Assembly (NCBI GenBank): GCA_031370645.1
Contig: JANMQV010000141.1
Coordinates: forward strand, 1 to 12,100
DNA from: Candidatus Eiseniibacteriota bacterium
GTDB lineage: Bacteria > Eisenbacteria > RBG-16-71-46 > SZUA-252
Reading direction: 5' to 3'
Length of the DNA: 12,100 nt
The position numbers were made by a program, and so were the translations under genes. The stretch's first letter is position 1; every line of letters begins with the position of its first letter. Under the pieces are notes generated by a model, which saw only the letters and a program-made list of their open reading frames with translations, did not search any database and was not told the DNA's origin. Below are positions 1-8,000 of this stretch, piece by piece.

Positions 1-213
1 ACGAGCGTTGTTCGGAAGGTTCGTGAGGCCATCGTTGTTCGGACACATCCGGAAGTTACGAATCGCCACCGTACCCTCAGTCGGGGTCGCCACCGTGCCC
101 GTCTGGGGAACGTAGAACGATGCCGCAACATCGGGGATGCCTGCGTAGGCGGCCGGGACGATCCAGACCAACACTGCCGCGAAAGCAATGCCCAGCTTGG
201 CCACTTTGAACAT
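1..213 (-). CDS. Secreted hypothetical protein, N-terminal part only (runs off the left edge); possibly an abundant surface protein
   Basis: Translated by hand (not in ORF track): MFKVAKLGIAFAAVLVWIVPAAYA|GIPDVAASFYVPQTGTVATPTEGTVAIRNFRMCPNNDGLTNLPNNAR, open to position 1. Perfect SD AGGAGG (221-226) lies 7 nt from ATG 213; alternative ATG at 216. Sec signal peptide with basic N-region, hydrophobic core and A-Y-A cleavage site. Confidence 0.88.
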   Translation of the reverse strand, partial: MFKVAKLGIAFAAVLVWIVPAAYAGIPDVAASFYVPQTGTVATPTEGTVAIRNFRMCPNNDGLTNLPNNAR

Positions 214-432
214 CATCACACCTCCTAGGGTCTTACTGCGTCGCGAACCACACGGATGCAGATTCTTCAAGATACGACGTCTCTCGTGGTAGGCAATGTG
301 ACGAGGAGCTCGAAACACCCCCTTTCGACTTTTCGATTTTGTCCGTAGCTAAAAATTTTGTCTCTAAATCTGACAACGACTTGCGTCCCGACAGGTGGAC
401 GGCAAATCGGACATACATTCCGCTACCCAAAA

Positions 433-461
433 AGTCTACCACCCTCCCCTAGCAAAGTCAA
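433..461 (-). promoter_or_regulatory. Sigma70-type promoter with extended -10, for the secreted protein gene
   Basis: Minus strand reads TTGACT (461-456), 17-nt spacer, TAGACT (438-433), with TGG immediately before the -10 (TGn extension). Predicted transcription start near 426. Confidence 0.75.
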
Positions 462-499
462 GCACTAGAATACGCTAGCCCTACGGCGGGAGGAGGGAA

Positions 500-575
500 T
501 GGTGGGCGAAACAGGGCTCGAACCTGTGACCCCTTGCGTGTAAGGCAAGTGCTCTACCAACTGAGCTATTCGCCC
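500..575 (-). tRNA. tRNA-Val (anticodon TAC), 76 nt, CCA encoded
   Basis: Reverse complement GGGCGAATAGCTCAGTTGGTAGAGCACTTGCCTTACACGCAAGGGGTCACAGGTTCGAGCCCTGTTTCGCCCACCA folds as a cloverleaf: acceptor GGGCGAA/TTCGCCC, D-arm GCTC/GAGC, anticodon stem CTTGC/GCAAG with loop CT-TAC-AC, T-loop TTCGAGC. Confidence 0.98.
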
Positions 576-577
576 TC

Positions 578-814
578 CTATTTTGTAAGGATAGCCCATG
601 GAATGACAACAAGATAGCCCAATAGTAGGAGGATCGGGGCCAGGGTGATCGACCCCCGTGCGAGGGCCACGTAGCCGGCCAGAATGACCAGCGCGGCGAC
701 TCCGAAGAGGATGTAGTTCTTCCGCCCGAAGGGAAGTTCAGCCCCCGGGGAGACCGCAGGCTTGGGACCTGTCGGACGCCGCCCCCGGCGGCGGGCGTCA
801 GCCGCGTTGGACAT
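578..814 (-). CDS. DUF3098-family small two-helix membrane protein
   Basis: 78 aa. PFGRKNYILF...AGY...SITLAPILLLLGY..IP.AIL matches the DUF3098 pattern. SD GGAGG near 824-828; starts 1 nt after the larE stop. Confidence 0.85.
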   Translation of the reverse strand: MSNAADARRRGRRPTGPKPAVSPGAELPFGRKNYILFGVAALVILAGYVALARGSITLAPILLLLGYLVVIPWAILTK

Positions 815-815
815 T

Positions 816-1703
816 TTAGCTAACCTCCGTGTTTACAGCGGGTAGCGGGTCCGGCCTGCGATACCCAGCCGGATCGATTTCAACGGTCTCGAACCCCCAT
901 GTCATCAAACCGCTCCGCAATTCCGGGAGCGCCGCCTGCAGTCGCTCGATATCCGCCGTCTCTGTTTCAACGCGTGCACGTTGACCAAAATGGCGCACCC
1001 GAACGACGCGAAGCCCGAATTTCTGACGAAGCCACGCTTCCGCGCTTTCCACCTGTCGCAGTTTGTCGACTGTGACCTCCATGCCATGGGGGATCCGGGA
1101 AGCGAGACATGCCGACTGCGGCTTGTCCCACACGCGAAGTCCCATCTGGTATGCCAGGGCGCGAACCTCGAGCTTCGCGAGCCCCGCCTCGAGGAGGGGG
1201 GCGCTGATCTCGAGTTCCCGGGCGGCTCCCATTCCCGGCCGGTCGTCGCCCAGGTCGTCGGTGACGGCCCCGTAGGCGATGGCCCGCCACCCCTCGGCGC
1301 CCGCTAAGGCGACCAGGTGTTCGAAGAGCTCCGTCTTGCAGTAGTAGCAGCGGTCGGGGTTGTTTTGCCGGTAGCCCTCCCGCTCCATTTCGTTCGTCTC
1401 GACGACCCGCACCGGCAGCCGATGCTCCGCCGCCAGCGCCAGGGCCCCCTCGAGCTCGGAGGCGGGGAGGGACGGGCTCTGGGCGATGATGCCGAGCGCC
1501 TGATCGCCGAGGACCCGGTGCGCCTCCGCCAGGAGGTAGGCGGAATCGACCCCGCCCGAATAGGCCACCAGGGTCCGGCCGAGTCCCCGAAGGACGCCCT
1601 CCAGGCGCGATCGCTTCTCGGCGAGGAGCTCCTTCGAGGCGGCCGGCGCGAGATGAATCGCTTCGCCGCGCGTCGCCCCGCCGCCCATGCCCGGGCCGCT
1701 CAT
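816..1703 (-). CDS. larE: LarE-family ATP-dependent sulfur transferase (PP-loop, TIGR00268-like)
   Basis: PP-loop AYSGGVDS, RCYYCK, DDLGDDRPG, SACLASRIP and VRVRH motifs. ATGA overlap with the mltG stop. Confidence 0.92.
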   Translation of the reverse strand: MSGPGMGGGATRGEAIHLAPAASKELLAEKRSRLEGVLRGLGRTLVAYSGGVDSAYLLAEAHRVLGDQALGIIAQSPSLPASELEGALALAAEHRLPVRVVETNEMEREGYRQNNPDRCYYCKTELFEHLVALAGAEGWRAIAYGAVTDDLGDDRPGMGAARELEISAPLLEAGLAKLEVRALAYQMGLRVWDKPQSACLASRIPHGMEVTVDKLRQVESAEAWLRQKFGLRVVRVRHFGQRARVETETADIERLQAALPELRSGLMTWGFETVEIDPAGYRRPDPLPAVNTEVS

Positions 1704-2794
1704 CGGGCGCTGTCCCGCCGGCCAGCCGTCGCGCGAAGGCTCGGGATGTTCGGTGCAAGGCCCGGCCCGATCGGTTGGATCGTGGAATCGCGCCGGCCCT
1801 GCGCGCGGACGGAGGCGATCGCCCTCAGGTGGTCCTCCCAGGCCTTCGAGAAAATGTGGGTCCCGTCCCCCCGCGCCACGAAATAGAACTCCGTGGTGTC
1901 GGGATTCGGAAAGAGGACGGCGTGAAACGCGCCCCGCCCCGGGTTACAGATGGGGCCCGGCGGGAGCCCCTTGTTTCGATACGTATTGTAGGGCGATTTC
2001 ACGTCGAGGTCCCGGTAGAGGACGCGGTTTCGCCAGACGCCGAGCGCATAGACCACGGTCGGGTCGGACTGGAGCATCATCCCTTCACGAAGGCGATTGT
2101 AGAACACCGCGGCGATCCGCGGCCGCTCGGAGGGGAGTTGCGCCTCCGCTTCCACGATCGAGGCGAGCGTCACGAGCTGGTGGAGTGTGAGCCCGAGATG
2201 CGCGCCCGGCTTCGACATTTCTTCCCCGAACGTCCGAAGACCGCGATCGACCATCACACGGGCGATCTCCTCCGACGAGAGGAGCGGGTAGAAGGGATAG
2301 GTCTCCGGGAAGAGGTAGCCCTCGAGGCGATCCGCGGGAACTCCCAGGGAGCGCGCGAAGGCCGAGTCCCCCACGAGCGCGAGAAAGCGCATCGGGTCGA
2401 CCTTCACCCGTTCATGCAGATAGTGGGCGATCTCGTCGGCTCGCCAACCTTCGGGAATCGTCATCATGTCCTGGGATGACATGCCGCGCGCGAGTTGCCG
2501 GAGGATGCGGTAGATGCTCGATCCGACGGGAATGGTGAATCGCCCCGCCTTGAGGCCGCGGTCGTAGCCGAGGACGCGCGCCGCAAGCATGAAGAGCTGC
2601 GGATTCCCCACGAGGTCGTTCGCATGGAGAATCCCCGCGATCTCATCGAGCGCGGCGCCCTTCGGGATGAGCACCTCTCGCGTCTCGATGGTCTGAGAGA
2701 CCTGCGACGGGAAGAAGAGGAGCCCGCTCAGGACGACCCCGCCGACGAGAAAGCCGAGAAGGAGCGTGCGCCGAATACGCTGCTTCTTCTTCAT
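1700..2794 (-). CDS. mltG: Endolytic transglycosylase MltG (YceG family)
   Basis: N-terminal basic stretch plus TM helix; TIPEG, LEGYLFPETY, LASIVEAE (catalytic Glu), LQSDPTVVY, SPYNTY..GLPPGPICNPG and YFVA..DG.H.FS motifs. Confidence 0.97.
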   Translation of the reverse strand: MKKKQRIRRTLLLGFLVGGVVLSGLLFFPSQVSQTIETREVLIPKGAALDEIAGILHANDLVGNPQLFMLAARVLGYDRGLKAGRFTIPVGSSIYRILRQLARGMSSQDMMTIPEGWRADEIAHYLHERVKVDPMRFLALVGDSAFARSLGVPADRLEGYLFPETYPFYPLLSSEEIARVMVDRGLRTFGEEMSKPGAHLGLTLHQLVTLASIVEAEAQLPSERPRIAAVFYNRLREGMMLQSDPTVVYALGVWRNRVLYRDLDVKSPYNTYRNKGLPPGPICNPGRGAFHAVLFPNPDTTEFYFVARGDGTHIFSKAWEDHLRAIASVRAQGRRDSTIQPIGPGLAPNIPSLRATAGRRDSAR

Positions 2795-3273
2795 GCGCCC
2801 GCCTCCCCCGAACCCGATTCAGAGCCTTGGTTGGAACCCCGCGTGGGGGACCGCCTCCCCGAGGCGCGGCCGTCGAGCCAGCGCTGGAGGAGGATCGCGG
2901 CCGCGCGGGAGTGCTCCCGCTCCGTCGCCCCTCGGGCGCCGCGTCTTAATCCGGACGGCAATTCGCGGGCCTCGCGGCTGCTCAGGCTCTCGTCCTCCAG
3001 ATGAACCGGGAGCCCCGTCGCGGCGCGAAGCGCCTTCGCGAAACGGAGGACCCGGTGCGACTCGGGGCGCCCCTCTTCCCCTTCCAAGCCGACCGGCATG
3101 CCGACGACGATCGAGTCGGCCGCCTCCTCGCGGGCCACGTCCGCCACGGCTTCCGGCGCCTCGCGGATCCGCTCCACACGGAGACTCCGCAAGGGGCGCG
3201 CGAGGAACCCCGTCTCGTCGCTCACGGCGAGTCCGATTTGACGCGGTCCGAAGTCCACGCCTAGGACTCGCAC
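2791..3273 (-). CDS. ruvX: RuvX/YqgF RNase H-fold nuclease (pre-16S rRNA processing, putative Holliday junction resolvase)
   Basis: VLGVDFG...IGLAVSD, IVVGMP, DESLSS and AAAILLQ motifs. GTG start overlaps the rluD end; ATGA overlap with mltG. Confidence 0.93.
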   Translation of the reverse strand: MRVLGVDFGPRQIGLAVSDETGFLARPLRSLRVERIREAPEAVADVAREEAADSIVVGMPVGLEGEEGRPESHRVLRFAKALRAATGLPVHLEDESLSSREARELPSGLRRGARGATEREHSRAAAILLQRWLDGRASGRRSPTRGSNQGSESGSGEAGA

Positions 3274-4205
3274 GCCAGCGCTTCCAGCACCGCCGCGAAC
3301 TCCGGCGGGACGGGATGGGTGAATTCCATTTTCTCGCCGGTCGCCGGGTGCGTGAAGCCGATCGTCTCGGCGTGAAGCGCCTGGTGGGCGAGCTCGGAGA
3401 GTAGCAGCGTCGCGCCGGGCCGGCGCGAGGGCGAGAGCTTCAGGAGCGGCCCGCGGCGGCCGCCGTAATCCGGATCGCCGAAGACGGGGTGCCCTTCGTG
3501 CGCGAGGTGAACGCGGATCTGGTGTGTCCGTCCAGTCTCGAGCGTCAGATGGAGCTCCGTCAGGTAGTCGTACCGTTTCACGACTTTGTATCGGGTAGCG
3601 GCGAAGCGTCCCCCGCGCTGAAGGACGGCGACTTTTTTTCGGTCCTTCGGGCTTCGTCCGAGAGCCGCCTCGATCCGGCCCTCCTCGTGGCGAAGCGAGC
3701 CCCAGACGAGCGCGCGATAGACGCGGCGCACCTTTCGGGCTTCCAACTCCGCCCCGAGAATCCGGTGCGCTTCGTCGGTCCGGGCGATCAGGAGGAGGCC
3801 CGATGTCCCCTTGTCGAGGCGGTGGACGATGCCGGCGCGATCGGATCCATTCTCGGTCGAGAGCGAACGATAGCGATGCAGAAGGGCGTGCACGAGGGTA
3901 CCCGTGTGGTGCCCCACGGCTGGATGGACCACCATCCCGGCGGGCTTCGCGATCACGGCGAGGTGCTCGTCCTCGTACACGACCTCGAGCGGGATGTCCT
4001 CGGCCGTGTAGCTCGACTGGACGTGACGGGGCCGCACCACCTCCACGCGGTCCCCCTCGCGGACGCGCCGGCTGGCGCGCACGGGGCCGTCGTTCAGGCG
4101 GACGTGGCCCTGATCGATCAGGTTCTGCACCGCGGACCGGGAGAGGGTGTGCTCCGCTTCGGCGAGGTAGCGGTCGAGCCGCTCACCCGCCCGCGAGGCC
4201 GGCAC
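3261..4205 (-). CDS. rluD: RluA-family 23S rRNA pseudouridine synthase (RluD-like, N-terminal S4 domain); start uncertain
   Basis: RLDRYL..SRS (S4 domain), KPAGMVVHP, HRLDKGTSG (catalytic Asp), GRTHQIRVH, GDPDYG and QALHA motifs. Start placed at GTG 4205; CTG 4226 is an alternative. The ORF-track ATG at 4337 lies deep inside lspA. Confidence 0.93.
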   Translation of the reverse strand: MPASRAGERLDRYLAEAEHTLSRSAVQNLIDQGHVRLNDGPVRASRRVREGDRVEVVRPRHVQSSYTAEDIPLEVVYEDEHLAVIAKPAGMVVHPAVGHHTGTLVHALLHRYRSLSTENGSDRAGIVHRLDKGTSGLLLIARTDEAHRILGAELEARKVRRVYRALVWGSLRHEEGRIEAALGRSPKDRKKVAVLQRGGRFAATRYKVVKRYDYLTELHLTLETGRTHQIRVHLAHEGHPVFGDPDYGGRRGPLLKLSPSRRPGATLLLSELAHQALHAETIGFTHPATGEKMEFTHPVPPEFAAVLEALACES

Positions 4206-4692
4206 GAGATGGATCTTCGGCGTCAGGGGCGGGGTGACCCGCTCGGGAGAGGAACCAGGCAAGAAGGATGACTCCGACGGTGACGGCGCTGTCGGCCACG
4301 TTGAAGACCGGCCATCGCGCCGGGCCGAGGCCGACATCGATGAAGTCGACCACCCAGCCGAGGCGGATCCGGTCCACGAGATTCCCGATCGCGCCGCCGA
4401 GGATACACCCGAGGAGAATTCGCTGGGGCAATCCCCGGTACGCCTCGCGCGTGAAGAGGTAGATCACGACCGCAATCGCGAGCGTCGATACGATGATGAA
4501 CGGAAGGCGGCTCCCCGGGAAGAGGCCGAACGCCGCACCGGTGTTGTGGACCAGGGTCAGGCGCACCACCTCGCCCAGGATGGGGACCGGCTCGCTCAGG
4601 AAGAGACGTGACGAAGCCGCCGCCTTCGTCACTTGATCGAGCACCACCACGACGGCGGCGCAGAGGGCGAAGAGGATCGGGGTTCGCTTCAT
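4183..4692 (-). CDS. lspA: Lipoprotein signal peptidase (signal peptidase II)
   Basis: LDQVTK, NTGAAFG, GGAIGNLVDR, VVDFI and FNVAD motifs. ATG 4692 overlaps the dksA-like stop (ATGA). Confidence 0.97.
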   Translation of the reverse strand: MKRTPILFALCAAVVVVLDQVTKAAASSRLFLSEPVPILGEVVRLTLVHNTGAAFGLFPGSRLPFIIVSTLAIAVVIYLFTREAYRGLPQRILLGCILGGAIGNLVDRIRLGWVVDFIDVGLGPARWPVFNVADSAVTVGVILLAWFLSRAGHPAPDAEDPSRAGLAGG

Positions 4693-5081
4693 CCGCGAGC
4701 CGTGTGGTTCTCCTTCTCCGACTTCTCCTGGCAGACCACGCAGAGAGTCACCTGCGGAATGGCGTCGAGACGCGCCTTCGCGATCTCCTTCCCGCACCCC
4801 GCGCAGACGCCGTATTCGTTCCGGTAGAGTCGGCGAAGCGCCTGGTCCACTTCATAGAGCAACCGTCCCTCGGAGGAGGCGAAGAGGAACGCCTTCTCGC
4901 GCTCCATCGCGTCGGTGCCCATGTCGGCCATATGGAACGAGTAGGCCGAGAGGTCGCCGGCGGAGTCGCGCTGCGTCCGGTTGAGCGTCTTTTCGAGATA
5001 TCCGAGCTGTCCGAGGAGCTTCTTCCGTTCCTCGAGGAGCTTTTCCTCGAAATGCTTGAGATCTTTCTTTGTCAGCGGCAA
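4689..5081 (-). CDS. dksA: TraR/DksA-family C4 zinc-finger transcription factor
   Basis: Coiled coil with HMADMGTD tip, then YGVCAGC...RLDAIP...CVVC. TTG start at 5081 with SD AAGGAGG inside the last ileS codons, 1 nt after the ileS stop. Confidence 0.9.
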   Translation of the reverse strand: MPLTKKDLKHFEEKLLEERKKLLGQLGYLEKTLNRTQRDSAGDLSAYSFHMADMGTDAMEREKAFLFASSEGRLLYEVDQALRRLYRNEYGVCAGCGKEIAKARLDAIPQVTLCVVCQEKSEKENHTARG

Positions 5082-5082
5082 A

Positions 5083-8000
5083 TCACCCTCCTTGCTTGGC
5101 CCGCTCGATGCCCACGCGGGCACGTTCCCCGTCGAAATTCCACTCCTCGACCGCCGCTCCGGGGCCGGCGGGAACCTTTGTTCCTACCTCCTCGGCGAGC
5201 ACTTCGTCCCGTAGGAAGGTCTCGTGTTTCGCGCACGCTTCCTGAAGCGCGGGCGAGAGCTCCCAGCCGAGCCGGATGCGATCGGTCACATCGAAATCGG
5301 CGCTCTTTCGAAGCGCCTGGATCCGGTGCGCCAGCTCGCGCACCAGCCCCTCGGCTTTCAGCGCCTCGTCGAGCGTCGTGTCGACCGCCACCACGAGCGT
5401 GCCGTCCGCCTGGGCCGCCCAGGGCGCCTTGGAGCCACCCTGAATCAGCACGTCTTCCGCCACAAGCGTGAAGGAGGCGCCGCCCGCCTCCACCGTCCAG
5501 CCGTCACGCGCGATCGCGGCCTGGATCTCGGCGACCGGAGCCGCCTGGATCTTGGACGCGAGTTCCTTCATGGCTGGGCCCGCCTTTTTGCCCAGCACGG
5601 GGAAATTGGCCTTCGCGGCGAGCGAGATCATCGCGTCCCGCGGCAGATCCGTCACCAATTCCTTCACGTTCAATTCGTCGAGCACCAGATCGGCGAGCGA
5701 GGCGAGCGCCTCCGCGTCCCGCGCGCCGAGCCCCGCGACCGCCACCCGCCGAAGCGGCTGGCGCACCCGGAGCGAAGAGGCGTTTCGGGCGGCGCGGGCC
5801 TGATTGACCACGCGAAGCACGATCTCCATTCCCCGTTCCAGCGCCTCGTCCACCCGCGCGCGATCGGCCACGGGATAGTCGCACCAGTGAATGCTGGCCG
5901 GAGCGTCTGGATGCGCCGTCCGGACGAGGTTCTGATGCAGTTCCTCCGCGAGAAACGGGGTGTAGGGCGCCAGGAGCCGCGCCACCGTCTCCAGGCACTC
6001 GTGGAGCGTGTCGTAGGCGGCCCGCTTGTCGGCCCGGTCCGTTTCCTTCCAGAAGCGACGGCGGGAACGCCGCACGTACCAATTGGAAAGCTCCTCGATC
6101 ACGAACTCTTGGATGGCCCGCGCCCCTCGCGTCAGGTCGTAGCCGTCAAGCGCCGTGCGGCAGGTGCCGACGAGCGTGTGGAGCCGCGAAAGGATCCAGC
6201 GGTCGAGAAGGGTCGGCGTCGCCTTCGCCTTCGTACCCGGCTCGTAGGAGTCGATGTTCGCGTAGAGGACGAAGAACTGAGCCACGTTTCGGAGCGTGCC
6301 AATCAGCTTCTTCGTCACTTCGGTGACGCCCTCGAGGTCGAATCGCGTCGAGGTCCAGGGCGGGCTCGTCGAGAGGAGATAGAAGCGGAGCGCGTCGGCA
6401 CCGCGCTGGTCGAGAATCGCGTTCGGTTCGACCACGTTCCCCTTCGACTTGCTCATCTTCTTCCCTTCCTTGTCGAGGATGAGCTCGTTCGGAAGGACGT
6501 GGCGGTAGGGGGCTTCCCCCTTCACGAAGACGCCGATGGCCATGAGCGTGTAGAACCAGCCGCGCGTCTGGTCCATCCCCTCGGAGATATAGTCCGCGGG
6601 ATAACGGCGGTCGAAGTCGTCCTGGTGCTCGAAGGGGTAGTGCCACTGCGCGAACGGCATCGCACCCGAGTCGAACCAAACGTCGATCACTTCCGGAACG
6701 CGGCGCTGCACCGCACCGCAGGCGGCGCAATCGAACGTGACGCTGTCGACATGGGGGCGATGGAGGTCGAGCGGCTCGACGAGGCCCTTCCCCTGGCGCA
6801 ATTCCTCGACGCTTCCGACGCAGCGGACCGCCCCGCACCCCTCGCAGCGCCAGAGGTTCAAGGGCGTTCCCCAGTAGCGGTTTCGGGAGAGCGCCCAGTC
6901 GACGTTGTTCTCGAGCCAGTTGCCGAAGCGGTTCGCGCCGATTTCGGGCGGATGCCAGGCGACCGTCCGATTCGCGGCGATCATCTCTTCGCGATAGCGC
7001 GTCGTGGCGAGATACCAGGTCTTCCAGGCGTAATAGAGAAGCGGCGATTCACAGCGCCAGCAGAACGGATAGGCGTGTGTCGTGTTCTCCTCGCGGTAGA
7101 GGAGCCCGCGGCGGCGAAGATCGCGACGGATGTCCGATTCGGCATCCTTCACGAACTGCCCCGCCCAGGGTGCCACCTCGGCGGTGAAGCGCCCCTGCGC
7201 ATCGACGGTGTGGTGCATTGGCAGATCGAGACGCTGCCCCAGGAGGTAGTCGTCCTCGCCGTACATGACGGCGGTGTGGACCACGCCCGTGCCGTCTTCG
7301 GTCGTGACGAAGTCGGCGGCGGCCACGTAATAGGCCTTCTTCCCGGCGACCTCTCCAAGATGGAGGAAGTCGAAGAGCGGCGTGTAGTGCCGCCCGATGA
7401 GTTCGGCGCCGCGGAGCTCCTTCTCGACTTCGTACTCGCCGGTCAGCTGGGCGAGACGCGCGCGCGCCAGGTAGTAGCGCTCCTCGCGCCCGTCGATCGT
7501 CTGGCGAACCCGCACATACGGAAGATCGGGACCGACCGCGAGCGCCACGTTCCCCGGAAGCGTCCAGGGGGTGGTCGTCCAGGCGAGAACGAAAGCGCCC
7601 GGCTCGTCCTCGAGCGCGAACTTCACCGTCACAGACGGCTCCGTCACGTCCTGATACCCCTGGCTCACCTCGTGACTCGAGAGCGGCGTGCCGCAGCGCG
7701 GGCAATAGGGGACGATCTTGTGCCCCTCGTAGAGGAAGCCCTTGTCGTAGTACTGGCGGAGAATCCACCACACGCTTTCGATGTACTCGTTCGCGAAGGT
7801 GAAGTAGGGCGCGTCCATGTCGAGCCAGTAGCCGATCCGCTCGGTGAGACGGCGCCACTCGCTCTCATACTTCAACACGCTCTTCTTGCAGAGCGCGTTG
7901 AACTCGGCGATGCCGAATTTCTCGATCTGGTCTTTGCCGTTGATGCCGAGTTCCCGCTCCACCGCGATCTCTACCGGAAGACCGTGCGTGTCCCAGCCCC

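Noticed and set aside
6..96. Short direct repeats resembling a CRISPR or tandem array
   Set aside because: Only two copies each of 10-11 bp, in frame within the coding sequence (PNN, GTVA); no repeat-spacer periodicity.
308..323. Sigma54 -24/-12 promoter (GG-N10-GC) on the minus strand
   Set aside because: Only the dinucleotides match; the TGGCAC and TTGC contexts are missing, and a much better sigma70 promoter lies upstream.
233..442. 69-aa minus-strand ORF in the intergenic region (possible leader peptide)
   Set aside because: Its GTG start overlaps the predicted extended -10 element, the composition is unremarkable and there is no family similarity. An internal ATG near 415 cannot be fully excluded.
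462..499. Intrinsic terminator after tRNA-Val
   Set aside because: Only a weak CTAG/CTAG stem, with no strong hairpin followed by a U-tract.
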